This document shows, in pieces, positions 28,009 through 37,209 of a stretch of DNA of 63,541 bases. Origin of the DNA: an uncultured Verrucomicrobia subdivision 3 bacterium (GTDB taxonomy: Bacteria > Verrucomicrobiota > Verrucomicrobiia > Limisphaerales > UBA11358); the NCBI GenBank assembly GCA_903888765.1, contig CAISVF010000481.1, positions 1-63,541 of the forward strand, written 5' to 3'. Each line of letters begins with the position of its first letter. Within the stretch, counting starts at the first letter, position 1. The notes beneath the pieces are model-generated. The model was given only the letters and a program-made list of their open reading frames with translations, was not told where the DNA came from and searched no databases. The position numbers and the translations under genes are program-made.

Positions 28009-31000
28009 ATGAAACAGATCAATAACAATTTGGCTAAAGCATTTGTGCTGGCCCTTTGCGCCATAAGCCTTTCAACCGCTACAAGGGCCGCAGATTTCAC
28101 CTGGGATGCCAATGGTGCCACCGCCGGCGTCGGCGGCACCGGCAACTGGACCGGCGGCAATACCTGGCGAACCAACGGTGATACAGGCGGGCTGGGGCCG
28201 TGGTCCGACGGCAGCACCGCGCGCTTCAGCGCCAGTTCCACCATCACGCTGAACGGAAACGTGCTGACCACGGCCAGCACCAACGCGGGTGGCAGCGCCA
28301 CCATCCAAATCGTCGGTTCGGGCGGCAACACCATTGATTTCGGCGCTGGTGGTTTTATTGTTTCCGGCGGCAACTCGGGCAACTTGAGAAGCTCGGCCAA
28401 TTTGAAGGGCGCGGTGACACTGGTTGCCACGTCCGGCACTCTGGCGAATACCGCCGCTATCTGGCTCAAGGCCAACAACACCACGCTCACCTCCGTGACC
28501 TGTTCCGGCATTTCTGGCGGCACAATGGTTATTGACGATGCGGGCGCGCTAGGCCCCGCCGCATCTTCCTCACTGATGATTACGAATGGCATCGTCCTCA
28601 ACTTGGGCGCGCTGACCTCTGAAACTATCGGTGCCACGCCGGGCGGCAACACGGGGATCAGCGTCAACGCCGTGCCGACAACCCTCGGTGGCGGCTACAT
28701 CCGCGCCCGCACCGGAGCCTGCACATGGAATGGACCCATCAGTTTAACTGCCAACGGCTCCGGGTTCATCACGCGCGCATTGACCGGCGTGAGCCTGACT
28801 TTGGCGAGCACCGCCACGGTCAATCTCAACACAAACACTTTGGGTTTGAATGTTGATTCCGCCAGTTCGGGCGTCACGATCAACAGCGTTATCTCCGGCA
28901 CCGGTGGAATTTCCACCGTGACGGTCACGAGCGGCGCAAATGGCGCGGGCATCACCACGCTTGGCGCAGCAAACACATTCAGTGGTCGTGCGCTGGTCTC
29001 GCAAAATCTCGGCACGCTGGCTTTGAACAATGTGAATGCGTTACAGAATGCCACGTTGGACACCGGGTTAACTGGTTCGCAGTCCGTCACGTTCATCGTT
29101 GCGGGTAACAACACCTACAACCTCGGCGCGTTGCAAGGAACGAACAATCTGGCAATCGGGGGCAACACCATCAGCGTAGGCACCAAGGCGGTGGATACGA
29201 CTTTTGGCGGGGGAATCAGCGGCAACGGTGGCAGTCTCACCAAAGTGGGTAATAACAAATTGACGATCACCGGAGTAAGCTCTTATACCGGTCCCACCGT
29301 TGTGAATGGCGGCAAGTTGGCTCTGCCTTTGCCTCAGGGCAGCAGCGGTCTGACTCTAGCCAATGGCACTACCTTTAATGCGACGACGACCAACAGTCCT
29401 TGGTATATGGCTTCCGCAGCGATTACCAATGCGACCATGGGTTTCAACTACGGCTCCTGGACAATCAATGGCTACACTAACGCGGTCTATTACGTGACGA
29501 ATCTCGCGGCGAGCGGTTCCATTACATGCAATATTTCCGGCACTAGTTTCCCGGTGACCAACCTGACGTTGCTCACCTATGGCGCCAAGACCGGCGGCGG
29601 TTCATTCGTCCTGAATTCCAACACGCTTCCGGCAGGCATGGCCGCAACTTTGCTTGACACTGGTTCAAGCATCGAGTTGCAAATCTCCTCAGCCTCGATT
29701 CAAAACCTGGTCTGGTCCGGCGGCGACGGCAACTGGCAAACCAATGGCGGCTTGAATTGGAACAATGGTACTGCAACTTATCTTGAATACCCCTCCGGCT
29801 TGAACGATTTGGTGACTTTCAACGATGGTTCCAGCGGCACGGTCAACATCAACTCGCAAGTCAATCCTTCCAGCACCACGGTCAGCATTTCTGCGTCCGG
29901 CTTCTACACATTTCAAGGGCCCGGCAGCATCGGTGGCACGAATGGTATTGCATTCACCAGCGGTGGTGGCACCTTGACGATCAACAACAGTAACAATTTC
30001 ACCGGGCCGGTTTCGATTTCGGGCGTAGGTGGTTCGGCAGTCCTGTATGTGGGCAACTCATACGCGTTGGGCGCAACCACTGGCAATGTGACAGTGAACA
30101 GTCCGACCAACACACTGTCAATTGGCGTGCCTGGTGGGTCAGGTATCGCTGTCAACAATAAGACCGTGATCATCAATGGTGCAGGGCTGGGGGGCAACAA
30201 AGGCGCGTTGCGCGGCGCGCAAGTGGCCAGTGGAGAGAACATTTGGGCGGGGCCAGTCATTATTGGCTCAAACAATTCGCGCATTGGTGCAGATAACAAC
30301 GGCAACCTGACGGTTTCCGGCAACATCACTGATAATGGCGCGGGTTATGCAATTACTTTCCGGCCAGGACAGAACGCCACGGTGACGGTTTCCGGCACGG
30401 GCAACAGTTGGGGTGGAACCACCACTCTCTTTGGTGATTCTGGTGGTGGCAGCCTGGTCAAATTGGGTGCTAACAATGCCTTTCCGGTTACCAACGGGTT
30501 GGCCGTCGGTAACTGCACGTTTGATTTGAGCGGATTTAATCAATCTGCCCCTTCGCTGAGCTTTAGCACGGGTGGAACAGCACCCACCATTTTGACTGAC
30601 TCCGGCCCTCCCGCCACCCTCACGGTGAATGCCACGAACGGCACCTCGTCATTCCCCGGCGATGTCACCGGCAGCCTTTCGCTGACCAAGAACGGCAGCA
30701 ACACGATGACACTGAACGGGGTCAACTTGACTTACACCGGCGCGACGACGGTGAACCAAGGCCAGCTGAATCTCTGGGGAACAGCCACCATGGCCTCATC
30801 CATCGTCGTGAATGGAGGTGCAGCCCTCGCCATGACCAACAGCACCACCGGCGCGTTGACATTAAGTGCAAACTCGACGTTGAGCCTCGCCGCCGGCACG
30901 CCGATTACAGTCGGTTCATTGGTTGCGTCCACTGCTCCTGTTAACATCAGCTTTACGGTTGCGCCTTCCCTTGGTTCTGACATCTTGCTGGTGACATCCA

Positions 31001-32547
31001 CCAGCCCCATCACCGGCAGCGCCGCCAACTTTCAAGTGTCCGGGGCGCGGAGTGGAATCTTTTACATTACCAACTCCAATACAGAATTGCACTATGTTGT
31101 CCCGGCAACCGCTGCTTTGGTGACCTGGAAGGGTAACGATTCCTTCAATCCGACGATTTGGGATATTACGACCACTACGAACTGGAGCTATGCCGCTAAC
31201 CCCAGCGTGTTTTATACCGGTGATGTAGCCGTATTTGATGATACGGCTGCTTCCGGCGCGGTGGTTATTAAAACCGGCGGCGTGGCGCCGGGCGGTGTCA
31301 TCTTCAGCAACAATTCGCTGTCATACACGCTTTCAGGTGCAGCCATCAACGGCTCGACCGCCTTGGTCAAGAGCGGCGCGGGCGCTGTGTATTTGAACAG
31401 CGCGAACAATTACACGGGCGGAACGTTCGTCAGCAACGGCGTTGTCTTCTTCGCCGCAGATGCCAGCTTTGGCCCGACGAACGCGGTTGCGACGACCAGC
31501 ATCGTGCTGGACGGCGGCGGCATCGCCCTGACCGGCGCGAATCTTAATCTTAACGCCAATCGCGGTATCGCGGTTGGATCTTCAGGAGGTTCCATTTCCA
31601 ATGCCGTCGTGGGCGCCGGCAACCTTGGTTACTCTGGCATCATAACGGGTTCTGGTATTTTGACCATTGGCTCCGCAGATTTCGCGGGTGTCATCCTGAA
31701 CGGACAAAACACCTATAGTGGCGGCAGTGTCTTGATGGGATCCTCCAGCGCGACGATTTACAGCATGGCCAATTCCATCGGCACGCCCGGCAGCCTGGTC
31801 AGCGGCACGTTTGGCACCGGCCCCATTACTTTTAATGGCACCGCTATGCGAAGCACCGTGAGCTTCGACACAACTATTGGCAACAACATCATCTTTGCCG
31901 CTGATGCCACGTTCCCCACCTTGGCCAATGAGAAATCACTGACTTTCACTGGTCCGGTCACCATCACCAACAGCAGCCGCACGCTCACGGTCAATATTGG
32001 CACCACCGTAGCCGGCAAATCGCTGACCTTCGCAGGGGTAGTCGGCGATTCTGGCAAAGGCTATGGATTGACCAAGGCGGGCACAGGCTTGTTGATTCTC
32101 TCTGAGACCAACACTTACACCGGCAATACGACCGTCAGCGGCGGCACACTGGAACTTGCCGTTGCAAGCCTGGCAACCAATTCAACCGTGACCGTGGCGA
32201 GTGGCGCCAAGCTGCAGTTGGACTTCAGCGGTGTGACCAATCGGATCGCCGCGCTGGTGTTGAACGGAGTTAGTCAGGCGGCGGGCGTGTATGACTCGAC
32301 GAGTGGCGCTCCGTTCATCACCGGTACCGGTGCTTTGCATGTGGTGGTGTCAGCTCCGCCAACGATGACCTTTACAAATACCGGGGGCAACTTGCAAATC
32401 ACCTTCACCGGCGGCACCTTGCAGGCACAGACGAATTCGCTCTCGACCGGCCTCGGCACAAACTGGGTGGATTATACCGGCAGCAGTCCCGTGACTGTCC
32501 CGATCAATCCATCGAACCCAAGTGTGTTTTTCCGGGTGAAGCAGTGA
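28009..32547 (+). CDS. Autotransporter-associated beta-strand-repeat surface protein (1512 aa)
   Basis: Signal peptide. Many repeats of the type [30 protein letters not shown] and W.G..G.W....NW. C-terminal module ending SVFFRVKQ. Confidence 0.9.
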   Translation: MKQINNNLAKAFVLALCAISLSTATRAADFTWDANGATAGVGGTGNWTGGNTWRTNGDTGGLGPWSDGSTARFSASSTITLNGNVLTTASTNAGGSATIQIVGSGGNTIDFGAGGFIVSGGNSGNLRSSANLKGAVTLVATSGTLANTAAIWLKANNTTLTSVTCSGISGGTMVIDDAGALGPAASSSLMITNGIVLNLGALTSETIGATPGGNTGISVNAVPTTLGGGYIRARTGACTWNGPISLTANGSGFITRALTGVSLTLASTATVNLNTNTLGLNVDSASSGVTINSVISGTGGISTVTVTSGANGAGITTLGAANTFSGRALVSQNLGTLALNNVNALQNATLDTGLTGSQSVTFIVAGNNTYNLGALQGTNNLAIGGNTISVGTKAVDTTFGGGISGNGGSLTKVGNNKLTITGVSSYTGPTVVNGGKLALPLPQGSSGLTLANGTTFNATTTNSPWYMASAAITNATMGFNYGSWTINGYTNAVYYVTNLAASGSITCNISGTSFPVTNLTLLTYGAKTGGGSFVLNSNTLPAGMAATLLDTGSSIELQISSASIQNLVWSGGDGNWQTNGGLNWNNGTATYLEYPSGLNDLVTFNDGSSGTVNINSQVNPSSTTVSISASGFYTFQGPGSIGGTNGIAFTSGGGTLTINNSNNFTGPVSISGVGGSAVLYVGNSYALGATTGNVTVNSPTNTLSIGVPGGSGIAVNNKTVIINGAGLGGNKGALRGAQVASGENIWAGPVIIGSNNSRIGADNNGNLTVSGNITDNGAGYAITFRPGQNATVTVSGTGNSWGGTTTLFGDSGGGSLVKLGANNAFPVTNGLAVGNCTFDLSGFNQSAPSLSFSTGGTAPTILTDSGPPATLTVNATNGTSSFPGDVTGSLSLTKNGSNTMTLNGVNLTYTGATTVNQGQLNLWGTATMASSIVVNGGAALAMTNSTTGALTLSANSTLSLAAGTPITVGSLVASTAPVNISFTVAPSLGSDILLVTSTSPITGSAANFQVSGARSGIFYITNSNTELHYVVPATAALVTWKGNDSFNPTIWDITTTTNWSYAANPSVFYTGDVAVFDDTAASGAVVIKTGGVAPGGVIFSNNSLSYTLSGAAINGSTALVKSGAGAVYLNSANNYTGGTFVSNGVVFFAADASFGPTNAVATTSIVLDGGGIALTGANLNLNANRGIAVGSSGGSISNAVVGAGNLGYSGIITGSGILTIGSADFAGVILNGQNTYSGGSVLMGSSSATIYSMANSIGTPGSLVSGTFGTGPITFNGTAMRSTVSFDTTIGNNIIFAADATFPTLANEKSLTFTGPVTITNSSRTLTVNIGTTVAGKSLTFAGVVGDSGKGYGLTKAGTGLLILSETNTYTGNTTVSGGTLELAVASLATNSTVTVASGAKLQLDFSGVTNRIAALVLNGVSQAAGVYDSTSGAPFITGTGALHVVVSAPPTMTFTNTGGNLQITFTGGTLQAQTNSLSTGLGTNWVDYTGSSPVTVPINPSNPSVFFRVKQ

Positions 32548-32571
32548 TGTTTGCCCCGGGCTGGGTGGGCA

Positions 32572-32595
32572 GAGACGCTTTTGGGTTGGCGTCTC
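32572..32595 (+). other. Intergenic hairpin (GAGACGC / 10-nt loop / GCGTCTC)
   Basis: Perfect 7-bp stem 25 nt after the giant gene stop. No T-tract follows, so terminator function is uncertain. Confidence 0.3.
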
Positions 32596-32617
32596 CGCCA
32601 TAACCCGGAAAGAATTT

Positions 32618-33388
32618 ATGAAAACAGAAATTTATAATGCGGAACAAAGAAAAAACGGGTTCACCTTGATTGAATTGCTGGTGGTGATTGCCATCATCGC
32701 CATCCTGGCAGCGATGCTGCTGCCCGCGCTGGCGAGCGCCAAGGAACGCGCCAAGCGCATCGGCAGCCTGAACAACATCAAGCAGACGACGCTTGCCTCA
32801 TTGATGGACGCCAACGATAACCAGGAGAAGTTTTCCAGCGATGGTCAGGACGCGCCGTATTACATTGGGGCTGCCTTTCGCGAAAACATGATTTCTAGTT
32901 ACAAGATCAAACGCGAGTCATTCTACTGTCCCTCCAATCCCGACTGGAACAAGGCTGACAATACTTTCTGGTATTTTCAGAGCGGCAGCAACACGAACGA
33001 CCCGTCGGTCATCGGCTACAACTATTATTGCGGCTGGCAACCCTATAATGACGTCGCCAATGTCGGCACTTACTATCCGAACAATGGTCTGCTGCCCGGG
33101 GGCGATAATATGCGCGCCCATCTTCCGGCTTTTGCGATGAAGACCACCGACCGCCCTTATTACAAGATTCTCTGGACGGATTTGTGCCGGCGTTACAATG
33201 GTGACTGGATGCGCGGCTCCGACTTCAACGCACGCGGCGTGAATCATATGCAAAAGGGCGTGCCTGCTGGTGAGAACGAAGGATACATTGACGGCCACGG
33301 TGAATGGGCAAATTTCAGCAAGTATTCCAGCGGACCGAAGATGGACTGGAACGGGCTGGAAATATATTTTTACGGCGGTGGAATGTGA
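32618..33388 (+). CDS. Prepilin-type N-terminal cleavage/methylation domain protein (pseudopilin-like)
   Basis: [37 protein letters not shown], plus a C-terminal GYIDGHGEW motif typical of the expanded PVC family. Confidence 0.9.
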   Translation: MKTEIYNAEQRKNGFTLIELLVVIAIIAILAAMLLPALASAKERAKRIGSLNNIKQTTLASLMDANDNQEKFSSDGQDAPYYIGAAFRENMISSYKIKRESFYCPSNPDWNKADNTFWYFQSGSNTNDPSVIGYNYYCGWQPYNDVANVGTYYPNNGLLPGGDNMRAHLPAFAMKTTDRPYYKILWTDLCRRYNGDWMRGSDFNARGVNHMQKGVPAGENEGYIDGHGEWANFSKYSSGPKMDWNGLEIYFYGGGM

Positions 33389-33409
33389 GTTTTGTTTCGC
33401 CATGAACCG

Positions 33410-35620
33410 ATGACATTTAACAAGCAATCCGCCCGCTGGCTCCTTCTGCTGGCGGGTGTTTTGTTTCTGGCCGGCACTGGCGCACACGGCCAGACGCAGG
33501 ACATTGATCCGGCGAGCGACCCAAACGTGCAACCCTACGCGGGCACACCGGTGAGCGGCTACGTTCTCGCGTGGTCGGATGAGTTCAACACTAATGCGGT
33601 GGACAGGAAAAAATGGACATTTCGCACCGGAGCCCGTCTGTGGAGCTACCAGCAGCCGCAGAACAACGCGGTCTCGAACGGCCTCTACAACATCCTGCTG
33701 AAGAAAGAAACCGGCGGCACGAGCAGTTATACCGCCGGCGGCATCATCAGCGCGAAACTGTTTCACTATGGCTATTACGAGACGCGGATGAAAGTGCCGC
33801 CCGGCCGCGGCTGGCATACTTCGTTTTGGATGATGAAAAACATCCTGACTTCAAACGACACGGCTCAGGTAGAACTCGACGCGCTCGAAAACGATTCCAT
33901 CACCCTCACCAGCTACGGCATCAACAACCATCGCTGGCTGCCGTTGCCAACTTATACCTGGGGCGGCAAGGCCGTCATTACGCCGTCGCTGGCAGCTGAT
34001 TTCCACGTCATTGGGTGCGAATACACCACCAACACCGTGAAATATTTTTTCGACGGCGTGCTCCAGCAGACGGTCGCCACCACCAACTTTACTCCGGCCG
34101 ATGTGAACATCTGGCTGACTTCGGTGGCCGCGAATCTGGGCGGCACGACCAACGTGGACGATTCGCAACTTCCCGCCGCTGCGCAATACGACTACGCGCG
34201 CTTCTTCATCCTCGGCCCGACCAGCAGCATAGCCATCACGACCCCGAGTTTTTGGGGCGCAACACTCCTGGACACCAACACCGCGCTGCGCGTCTCGGCC
34301 CACGTCACCACGAGCGACACGAATTATCCGGCCTCCGTCACGTGGTCAAAAATTTCCGGGCCGGGTATCGTTGCTTTTGCCAACGCATCCAACGCGGACA
34401 CGACGGCAACTTTTTCCACGAATGGCAGCTATGTTCTGCAATGCCAGGCCGTTGTGCTGACCAGCACGAACACGGATTCCGTCAGCGTGGCCGTAAAAGC
34501 GCCGCTCGCGCTCGCGTTGCGGCAGGGTGTCGGCGGCTACACGCACGTCGCGACGTTCATCCGCGGCGACAGCGTGAATTGGAACTCCGGCGCGCGCGAC
34601 CAGTTCATCGTCGGACGCTGGAACGGGCTGGGCATGAGGTCGCTGTTTTCGTTCGACCTTTCCTCGCTTGATCCGAACGCCGTTTTTCAAAGCGTGACGC
34701 TCGATGTCTGGACCGACGACTCGGGCGGAACGGGCAGTGTCGGTGCGGTAGAACTCCGCAAACTCAATGCGACGCCCACCGAAGGCACGGGCGACGGCAG
34801 CAGCGCCAGCAATGGCTCAGGCACGGGCGCGACGTGGCTTTCGCGCACCGGCGGCACGAACGTCAGCGACCTGTGGACGAACGCGGGCGGAGATTTTGCG
34901 ACAAACGTTTTGTCGAGCATCTCGGGCTACGACGCGACAGTGGCGAATGTGCAGAAAACATTTCCATCATCCGCCGCGTTCGTGGCGGCGGCGCAAACGG
35001 CGTTCAATGCAGGGCAACCGTTCAACCTGCTGATGATTTCGCCCGACACCGAGAGCGGCGCGAACAATTACATCAGCCGCATAAACTCGGACGACAACGC
35101 GACGGTTGAGCAGCGCCCGCGGCTCACGCTCACTTTCACGGGCAACTTCGCGCCCAGCGTTACGCCGGGCAACACATTCGTCACGCTGACCAATGTGCCG
35201 ATGCCGCTTGGCGGCGTGGTGAGCAATTCAACTTCGCGCGTGTGGAGCAAAGTAACTGGATCGGGCACGGTGACATTCGGCAACACGACAAATCCCGCGA
35301 CCACCGCGACCTTCAGCGCGCCGGGAAATTATTCACTGCGCCTCACCGCGAGCAACGCGCTGGCGCAAGTCTCGCGCGACTTGGCAGTGACCGTGGTGGC
35401 GTCGCCGCCGCAGCTTGGCTCGCCGTTGCTGGCGAGCTACCGCTTTCAATTTCAAATACCCGGCTCAACCGGTGTGAACTACACCGTGCAGGCCAGCACA
35501 AACATGACGACTTGGACGAATTTGTTCTCCACAAATCCAGCGGCGCTACCGTTTACCTGGTCCGACTTCGGTAATACCAATTCCCCGCGCCGGTTTTATC
35601 GCGTGCTGCTCGGGCCGTGA
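33410..35620 (+). CDS. GH16 catalytic domain plus Ig-like domains and C-terminal F-Y-R module
   Basis: ATG at 33410 (MTFNKQSARWLLLLAGVLFLAG). WSDEFNTNAVDRKKW and catalytic VELDALEND. Paralog of 10006..10770. Ends PRRFYRVLLGP. Confidence 0.8.
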   Translation: MTFNKQSARWLLLLAGVLFLAGTGAHGQTQDIDPASDPNVQPYAGTPVSGYVLAWSDEFNTNAVDRKKWTFRTGARLWSYQQPQNNAVSNGLYNILLKKETGGTSSYTAGGIISAKLFHYGYYETRMKVPPGRGWHTSFWMMKNILTSNDTAQVELDALENDSITLTSYGINNHRWLPLPTYTWGGKAVITPSLAADFHVIGCEYTTNTVKYFFDGVLQQTVATTNFTPADVNIWLTSVAANLGGTTNVDDSQLPAAAQYDYARFFILGPTSSIAITTPSFWGATLLDTNTALRVSAHVTTSDTNYPASVTWSKISGPGIVAFANASNADTTATFSTNGSYVLQCQAVVLTSTNTDSVSVAVKAPLALALRQGVGGYTHVATFIRGDSVNWNSGARDQFIVGRWNGLGMRSLFSFDLSSLDPNAVFQSVTLDVWTDDSGGTGSVGAVELRKLNATPTEGTGDGSSASNGSGTGATWLSRTGGTNVSDLWTNAGGDFATNVLSSISGYDATVANVQKTFPSSAAFVAAAQTAFNAGQPFNLLMISPDTESGANNYISRINSDDNATVEQRPRLTLTFTGNFAPSVTPGNTFVTLTNVPMPLGGVVSNSTSRVWSKVTGSGTVTFGNTTNPATTATFSAPGNYSLRLTASNALAQVSRDLAVTVVASPPQLGSPLLASYRFQFQIPGSTGVNYTVQASTNMTTWTNLFSTNPAALPFTWSDFGNTNSPRRFYRVLLGP

Positions 35621-35645
35621 AAACGATTCGCACAGCAACCCCACG

Positions 35646-36839
35646 TCAGCGTTGCTGACTTTCGCGGCGGAATTTTAGCGGGGTCTTTTCAAAATGCTTG
35701 CGGAAGATGGCAGAAAGATAAGCCTGCGAGCCGAAGCCGGATTTTTCGGCAATCTCGGGCATGGGCAGATTGGTGTCGGCGATCAACTGGCGCGCGCGGT
35801 CCAGTTGATAGCGGCGCAATTCCTCGGCGGGCGTGCGCTGCAATATTTCTAAAAATTTCCGCTCCAACGCCCGACGTGAAACCCCGGCATGCCTCGCCAC
35901 TTCATTCACGCGCACGGGCAGCGTGGCCTGTTGGCGGATGTAGCTCAAGGCTTTCACTAGCGCCGGATCGCGCACGGCCAGCGTGTCGGTGGATTGCCGT
36001 GCGACGATGCTCAACGGCGCGATGAGGTGTGGTGTCTTCGGCGACTTTTTCCCGCGCATCAATTCATCGAGCAGTTTTGCGGCTTGAAACCCGATGGTGT
36101 CCGCCGCTGCGCGCACACCCGAAATTGGAATCTCCGTGGCCTCGCACATCACTTCATCGTAGGACTGGCTTAATACAGCGACTTCTTCCGGCACCTGCAA
36201 GCCCACTTGCTGGCAGGCAAAAATAATTTCCCGCGCTCCGCTCGCGTTCCAGCACAGAATTGCCACGGGTTTGGACAAATTTTTTAGCCAGGCACCAAGC
36301 TTTTTCAAATCCAGCCGCCAATCCGGTTCGGCACCGGCCTGCGGCTTGGCGGTGAAGATCGAAATATCCCCGCCGCTATCAACCACTCTGCGTGTGAACG
36401 CTTCCTGATACGTGCTCACATACCCCACGCCCTCCATCCGGAAGTAAGCGAAGTGACGGAAGCCGCGTTCCTTAAAGTGGTCCACCGCTAGTTGCGCTGA
36501 GGCTTCGAGGTTAGTGTTGACGCGCGGATAATTTGCCCCAGCGATTTCGATGCTGGAGACGTTCACGACAGGGATTTTTTTGGTACGCAGCTCTCCCGCC
36601 ATTCGCGGTGTGGAGATGCGGGCAATGACGCCGTCGCAGTTCCATCTGGGGGGCAGTTGCAAATGCTCCTCCAGCCCGCGCGCCTCCACAAAAATCTGCC
36701 AGCGTTTATGTGTGCGCGTGTAGCTGGTGACCCCGGCAACAATGGCGCGCCCCCAAGTCGTGGAAGTGTCCACGAGGATCGCCACACGCGGGATCGCGTG
36801 CGGATAGCGAGGCCGGATTGGTTGGGTCGGGGGTTGCAT
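35646..36839 (-). CDS. AraC/XylR-type transcriptional regulator (periplasmic-binding-like sensor plus AraC HTH)
   Basis: ATG at 36839. RVAILVDTSTTWGRAIVAGV sensor domain and a C-terminal AraC HTH (GVSRRALERKF ... GFGSQAYLSAIFRKHF). Confidence 0.85.
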   Translation of the reverse strand: MQPPTQPIRPRYPHAIPRVAILVDTSTTWGRAIVAGVTSYTRTHKRWQIFVEARGLEEHLQLPPRWNCDGVIARISTPRMAGELRTKKIPVVNVSSIEIAGANYPRVNTNLEASAQLAVDHFKERGFRHFAYFRMEGVGYVSTYQEAFTRRVVDSGGDISIFTAKPQAGAEPDWRLDLKKLGAWLKNLSKPVAILCWNASGAREIIFACQQVGLQVPEEVAVLSQSYDEVMCEATEIPISGVRAAADTIGFQAAKLLDELMRGKKSPKTPHLIAPLSIVARQSTDTLAVRDPALVKALSYIRQQATLPVRVNEVARHAGVSRRALERKFLEILQRTPAEELRRYQLDRARQLIADTNLPMPEIAEKSGFGSQAYLSAIFRKHFEKTPLKFRRESQQR

Positions 36840-37209
36840 GAGTGCGGCAGAATTATGACACGATGCCGTTCCTGACGCCAATTCTAAAATTTCTTCCGCA
36901 TTTGTCTGTATTCTCCGTCGCAGATTTCCCCGATGTTGTTGTCAGTCCAGCTCACAACCTTGCGCCTGCGTCATTTGTGGAGCACGCGACTGGTTTTGGG
37001 AAATCATAATGGGTTGTGCTTTCCCGGGGTGAGGCGGGAGGCGTCAGGGGTGGCGTTTCCCGCCCAAAATACAGAATGCAATAGAAATGGCGTTGCCAAT
37101 GTGGCTATCATTTGTGTAGCAATGTGGCGGGCGCGGTTGATGTCGTGGAGCGCGGCGGGTAGCGCAGCGCCACGCCGCCTTTTGGCGTAATGCGGCTATC
37201 AATATTTGA
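36840..37209. promoter_or_regulatory. Divergent control region between the regulator and the FAD-oxidoreductase operon
   Basis: 370-nt non-coding gap between divergent starts. No operator could be defined by eye. Confidence 0.4.

Noticed and set aside
28072-32601. Many 60-140-aa minus-strand ORFs across the giant beta-strand-repeat gene
   Set aside because: These are shadow ORFs of a repeat-rich, GC-rich coding region. The plus-strand 1512-aa frame has a signal peptide and coherent repeats, while the antisense products are low-complexity (Pro/Val/Ala-rich).
8819-33817. Long antisense ORFs inside GH and transporter genes (e.g. 8819..9499, 11003..12130, 14537..15217, 15418..16104, 21825..22433, 26808..27716, 32918..33817)
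   Set aside because: Each lies opposite a gene with strong family motifs. They are Arg/His/Gly-rich nonsense-like translations typical of GC-rich shadow frames.
37154-37190. GC-rich stem (GGCGG...CCGCC) followed by TTTT upstream of the FAD-oxidoreductase gene, considered as an attenuator
   Set aside because: The stem is only 5 bp with a 15-nt loop, and there is no leader ORF or alternative pairing that I could see.
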